A stretch of 64,000 nt of DNA from Nitrosopumilales archaeon (GTDB taxonomy: Archaea > Thermoproteota > Nitrososphaeria > Nitrososphaerales > Nitrososphaeraceae), in contig JBIQJB010000003.1 of the NCBI GenBank assembly GCA_044507735.1, positions 1 through 64,000 of the forward strand, given 5' to 3'. Each line of letters opens with the position of its first letter. The first letter of the stretch is position 1. This document shows positions 60,167 through 64,000 of this stretch, in pieces. The translations under genes were made by a program, and so were the position numbers. Below the pieces are notes generated by a model. It saw only the letters and a program-made list of their open reading frames with translations. It was not told the DNA's origin and searched no databases.

Positions 60167-61384
60167 TCAGCTCTTCAGTATCATGTTAAACAGTTGTCTT
60201 GCGACAAGCTTGGGATGGTGCAAAGCAAGTTTCATCATCTTGCCCGTCGTAAAGTCGGCCTTGATAAAGTCCAGAAATTCGTCGACGGTCATGTCTCTAA
60301 GGATCTCTATCTCACGGTCCCACTGTTCATCAGACAGGCCAAGCCAGCGGGTCTGCACTTTGAGCGCAGACTGGATCTTGGATTCAACTTTTGCCTTCCA
60401 GACCTTCTCATATTCCATTAGAGACTCTCTTGTAGAATTGCTCGCAAGAGACCTTGCGCCCACTTCTCCGGCTAGCCTGCCAAATTCTATCGCATAGCGG
60501 ATGCCTTCCAGCACGAGCGGATTTGACTGCCCTGCAGAGTCGCCCACCATGATTAGACCATCCGTGATGCTATCCTGGCGGACCCCTTCATTTGGGATAA
60601 AGCCATAGTGCAGTTCTATGGGCTGTATTTTTCCAATGGCGTCAAGAGGCTTTGGCCTCTTTTCCAGAATCTGGTGCAGTTTTTCAAGTGGGTCAGCGCT
60701 CGATTCCGGCCTTCCTATCCCTACTCCAATCCTTACCCTGTTCTTTGACAGCGGGAAAATCCACGCATAGCCGGCTTCAGAGTACTGCTGCCCGATCATT
60801 AGAACCCAGGTTGCGCTGTCGATTTCATCGCAGTAGCACTCGTACTCTGCACCAACCCCATAACGCCTCCATTCACCCACAGCCCCTGCCCGGCGCGCCA
60901 CAGAAGCAGAAAAGCCACTTGCGTCTATGACAAGTGTTGAACGTACTATCATGTCGCCCTTGGGCGTGCTTGCCTTTACGCCGGCGATCCTGCCATTGCC
61001 TTCCTTTATTACGTTTATCACATTGCTCCTCACCATGATCGTGGCGCCGGCCCTTGCTGCCATAAAGGCAAGGTGCTGGTATGTTGCCCTCACGTCAAGC
61101 ACACACGATCTTGGAGTATTTCCAGAGATCACGACATCGTTTGAAGGGGACACGAAGCGGTAGTTCTGCACGGGATTGTACAACCCGCTAGGGATCCCAA
61201 GCCTTTCCATTTCAGAAATCCACGTCACGCCGCTTGTCCTGACGCTGTGTGCGATCGCTTCGTCCTTTTCAAACAAGATCACCTTTGCGCCGGCCCTTGA
61301 TGCGGAATATGCTGCAGAAAGCCCTGCGGGACCTCCGCCAACGACAGCAATATCGTAGTGGTGTCCTTCTTTTTCCTCTCCCAC
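60167..61384 (-). CDS. Geranylgeranyl reductase family (DGGGPL reductase-like)
   Basis: VVGGGPAG, DASG, GYAWIFP, VGDSAG..NPL..EGI. Confidence 0.9.
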   Translation of the reverse strand: MGEEKEGHHYDIAVVGGGPAGLSAAYSASRAGAKVILFEKDEAIAHSVRTSGVTWISEMERLGIPSGLYNPVQNYRFVSPSNDVVISGNTPRSCVLDVRATYQHLAFMAARAGATIMVRSNVINVIKEGNGRIAGVKASTPKGDMIVRSTLVIDASGFSASVARRAGAVGEWRRYGVGAEYECYCDEIDSATWVLMIGQQYSEAGYAWIFPLSKNRVRIGVGIGRPESSADPLEKLHQILEKRPKPLDAIGKIQPIELHYGFIPNEGVRQDSITDGLIMVGDSAGQSNPLVLEGIRYAIEFGRLAGEVGARSLASNSTRESLMEYEKVWKAKVESKIQSALKVQTRWLGLSDEQWDREIEILRDMTVDEFLDFIKADFTTGKMMKLALHHPKLVARQLFNMILKS

Positions 61385-61391
61385 CTTCTAC

Positions 61392-62723
61392 TCAGCCTGC
61401 CGTAAAGGAAATTTCGTCAAAGCGCATAAACGGCAGTATGGAATCATAAATTACCTTTCGCTCCTTGGATACGCCGTTCAACTTGCGCAGTGCGTCAAAA
61501 ACGTTGCCGGCCACCATTACCTCCCGGACTGCGTGCTCGACTGTTCCGTTCCTCACCAGCCTTCCTCCCTTAACCACGCCGGAAAAATCACCGTTCACAG
61601 GATTGACGTTGCCTGAAAACCGGCTGACAATGATGCCCCTTCTCATTTCCGAAATCATAGTATCAATGCTCTGCTTGCCGGGTCTGACCACAAAGTTGGT
61701 TGTCGACACAGACGGTGGCGAGCCGGTCGAGCCGCTTGCATTTCCTGTGCTCCGGACTCCATCTTTTCTTGCAGTGTACGTGTTGTAAAGGAACTTCTTG
61801 AGCACCCCTTTCTCTATCACGACATTCTTGCGATGAGGAATGCCTTCCCTGTCAAAGCTGGACGCGCCAAGCCCTTCTACATTGGTTGCATCGTCCTCAA
61901 CTGTCAGCAGGTCTGAGGATACCTGCCTTCCAACCTTGCCAGCAAAGTAGCTTGATTTCTTCTGGACGGCGTCAGAATTGATCGAATGCGATATTACGTC
62001 CGCCATCATTTCATCAAAGGCCGACGGCGTCAGCAGCATCTCACCCTTGAAGCTTTCTATCTTGCGCGGGTGCAGCGAGTTTACTACTGTCTCTGCGAAT
62101 TCGGTAGCTGCTTTTCTCACGTCGATCCCCTTGACGGAGTGCGAGGCCCCAATCTGAAAGTCAAAGCTAGAGATGTCGTTTCCATCTATGGCCATACCCA
62201 TTATTGACCACGAAAAGACACTCATCTTTTCCGACATCCTTATTCCATTAGAATTGGCAAGCCATTGAGTTGCCACGCTGGCGTTGAAACTGCCGCTATC
62301 AACGCTCACTCTGCGGTCATATGACTTGGCCGCCTCAAGCATCTCCGCAGCCTTGACTGCAGCGTCAGCTGCCGCAAACGACTCGGCCTTTTTGTCATAG
62401 ATTCCCCTGAGCGCATTTACTTTTGACTTGCCGGGAAGCCTATTGAACTTGTCGCGCGGGCTGGAACGTGCAATTCTTACCGCGATCGCCACTGCATCCA
62501 TTATCCGCTCCTTTGTCAGGATGTTGGTGGAATAGAACCCAAGCGAGCCCCCGTTCAGCAGCACCCTTATCCCCATCGAGCTTGACCTTTGTGATTTGGC
62601 CTGCTTGACATCATTGTTCTCGATAAACACTTCCGATTCGTTACCAGTAGCTGCGTACACTTCAACATCGCTTGCACCGAGCGCTTTGGCCTCCCTTATT
62701 GCGCTTTGCATGAGGTCTTCCAA
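61392..62723 (-). CDS. pmbA: TldE/PmbA family protein
   Basis: FDREG, TGNA, STTNF and NPVNGDFS motifs. Confidence 0.88.
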   Translation of the reverse strand: MEDLMQSAIREAKALGASDVEVYAATGNESEVFIENNDVKQAKSQRSSSMGIRVLLNGGSLGFYSTNILTKERIMDAVAIAVRIARSSPRDKFNRLPGKSKVNALRGIYDKKAESFAAADAAVKAAEMLEAAKSYDRRVSVDSGSFNASVATQWLANSNGIRMSEKMSVFSWSIMGMAIDGNDISSFDFQIGASHSVKGIDVRKAATEFAETVVNSLHPRKIESFKGEMLLTPSAFDEMMADVISHSINSDAVQKKSSYFAGKVGRQVSSDLLTVEDDATNVEGLGASSFDREGIPHRKNVVIEKGVLKKFLYNTYTARKDGVRSTGNASGSTGSPPSVSTTNFVVRPGKQSIDTMISEMRRGIIVSRFSGNVNPVNGDFSGVVKGGRLVRNGTVEHAVREVMVAGNVFDALRKLNGVSKERKVIYDSILPFMRFDEISFTAG

Positions 62724-64000
62724 CTACTGCAGCCCCCCTATGACAGCCGTACAGCGGATGTAGGGCCCCCCACCATCCACCTTTGCTGGCTGGTACTTGC
62801 CACAGTAGCCAGTGCCAATATCGTACTGGAACTCGTCTCCTACCATATCGACTGACTGCAGGACTTCAAATGCATTACCGGATATGCTTGCGCCCCTCAT
62901 AAGCTCCTTCACTTCGCCATTTTCAACAAGGTAGACTTCTTCGGCACCAAACATGAATTCGCCATTCGCGTCGGCCTGTCCGTTCCTTGCACCCTTGACA
63001 AGATAGCCGTGTTTGGTCTCCTTTATCATGTCGGCAAGCTTGTCTCTCCCCGGCTCGATGAAGGTATTCCTCATACGGATCAGAGGTTCGTAGCTGTACT
63101 GGAATGCCCGAGCATTGCCGGTTGATGCAGTGTCAAAGATCGTTGCCGACTCGCGGTTGTGCAGGAAGGATTTCAATATGCCTTTTTCAATTATTGCAGT
63201 TCTCTCGGCGGAAACACCCTCATCATCCACCATTATGGTGCCGCCGGCATTGTCTGAGATCTCTGACCTGCCACTATCCACTAGTGTGACCAGCTCGCTT
63301 GCCACCTGCTGTCCAATCCTATCCTTAACCACAGAGCCAGAAAGCACGAAATCGGCCTCCACTGTGTGGCCAATGGCTTCGTGAGACAGGAGACCGACCA
63401 TTGCAGGATCTAGTATTATTGTCGCCTTCTTGCCTGTGACGTGCCCGGCTTCCAGTAACTTTGAAGCCCTTTCTGACGCAGTAATGGCATAGTCAAGATG
63501 GCTTTTCTTGAAGAGGTCGTTCCAGCCTCCCGTCACGCCGATTCCTTCATGCGCAGTCGCACTCTGACTACCCCTCTTGGCAATTGCAGAGACATTGAAC
63601 TCAGGCTTTGAATCATAAATCTCGACATCTGCACCGTCGCTGTTGACTATTGCCTTGTAGTCTAGTGTTTCGCGGTAGGTACACGACGCTGCCTTGACGG
63701 CCTTGTTGCTGCGAGCAGCTTTTTCTCCCTCCCTTACGACCTTCACCTTTTGCTCGATGTCAATGTCAGATAGGCTCCCATTAGAAGGCGCCCTGAAGGT
63801 CCCTGTAACCATCTTTGAATCGGCCAGACCCTTGACCCTGTTCTTCTTTGTCTGTGCGAGGACGCTTGCTGCCGAAATTGCTTGAGCAAGCGATTCTTTC
63901 AACAGCGAAAGGTCGTTGGTGCTGTTAAAGCCCCAGCAGCCGTCCACCAAAACCCTGATGCCACAGCCAGCAGTCTCCACCATCCTTACCCTTTCAAGAG
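62724..64000 (-). CDS. tldD: TldD family metalloprotease (5' end outside the window)
   Basis: HEAIGH..E.D, DDEG, RMRNT and CGK motifs; the frame is open to the window edge. Confidence 0.9.
   Translation of the reverse strand, partial: LERVRMVETAGCGIRVLVDGCWGFNSTNDLSLLKESLAQAISAASVLAQTKKNRVKGLADSKMVTGTFRAPSNGSLSDIDIEQKVKVVREGEKAARSNKAVKAASCTYRETLDYKAIVNSDGADVEIYDSKPEFNVSAIAKRGSQSATAHEGIGVTGGWNDLFKKSHLDYAITASERASKLLEAGHVTGKKATIILDPAMVGLLSHEAIGHTVEADFVLSGSVVKDRIGQQVASELVTLVDSGRSEISDNAGGTIMVDDEGVSAERTAIIEKGILKSFLHNRESATIFDTASTGNARAFQYSYEPLIRMRNTFIEPGRDKLADMIKETKHGYLVKGARNGQADANGEFMFGAEEVYLVENGEVKELMRGASISGNAFEVLQSVDMVGDEFQYDIGTGYCGKYQPAKVDGGGPYIRCTAVIGGLQ

Noticed and set aside
49427-63885. Many + strand ORFs opposite the nuo, GGR and tld genes
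   Set aside because: Antisense shadows of well-supported coding genes

Overview
This window is from an ammonia-oxidising archaeon. Gene content, the nuo gene order, the tRNAs and TATA-box/leaderless promoters point to Nitrososphaera or a relative (Nitrososphaeraceae). Left to right: (1) 0.2-6.9 kb is a metal-uptake locus with two secreted His/Met-rich proteins, NikR, CbtB/CbtA and a cluster A-I metal ABC transporter that carries a NikR-type operator. (2) 7-13 kb holds a small mobile-element-like remnant, a DHFR-like protein, an HD dNTPase-like protein, a DUF1259 protein and a polysaccharide deacetylase. (3) 13-36 kb is a stress/energy-limitation cluster: CBS proteins, USPs, Hsp20, PII, PAC2, ADH, a probable PhaE-PhaC fusion, a two-domain multicopper oxidase and a cupredoxin. 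Many of its promoters share a (TGCAN)3-4 element just upstream of the TATA box. A PolB2 operon and several unannotated Cys-rich microproteins also lie here. (4) 36-47 kb is a more AT-rich accessory segment with a matrixin, an IS remnant, a frameshifted P-loop NTPase carrying about 27 33-aa Gly-rich repeats next to a class III nucleotide cyclase, and a Grs-like radical SAM gene; it ends at tRNA-Ile(CAT). (5) 47-64 kb is core genome: CADD/TenA-like protein, intron-containing tRNA-Glu, polyprenyl synthase, nuoABCDHIJKMLN, geranylgeranyl reductase and tldD/pmbA. All calls come from reading the sequence by eye; no searches were run.
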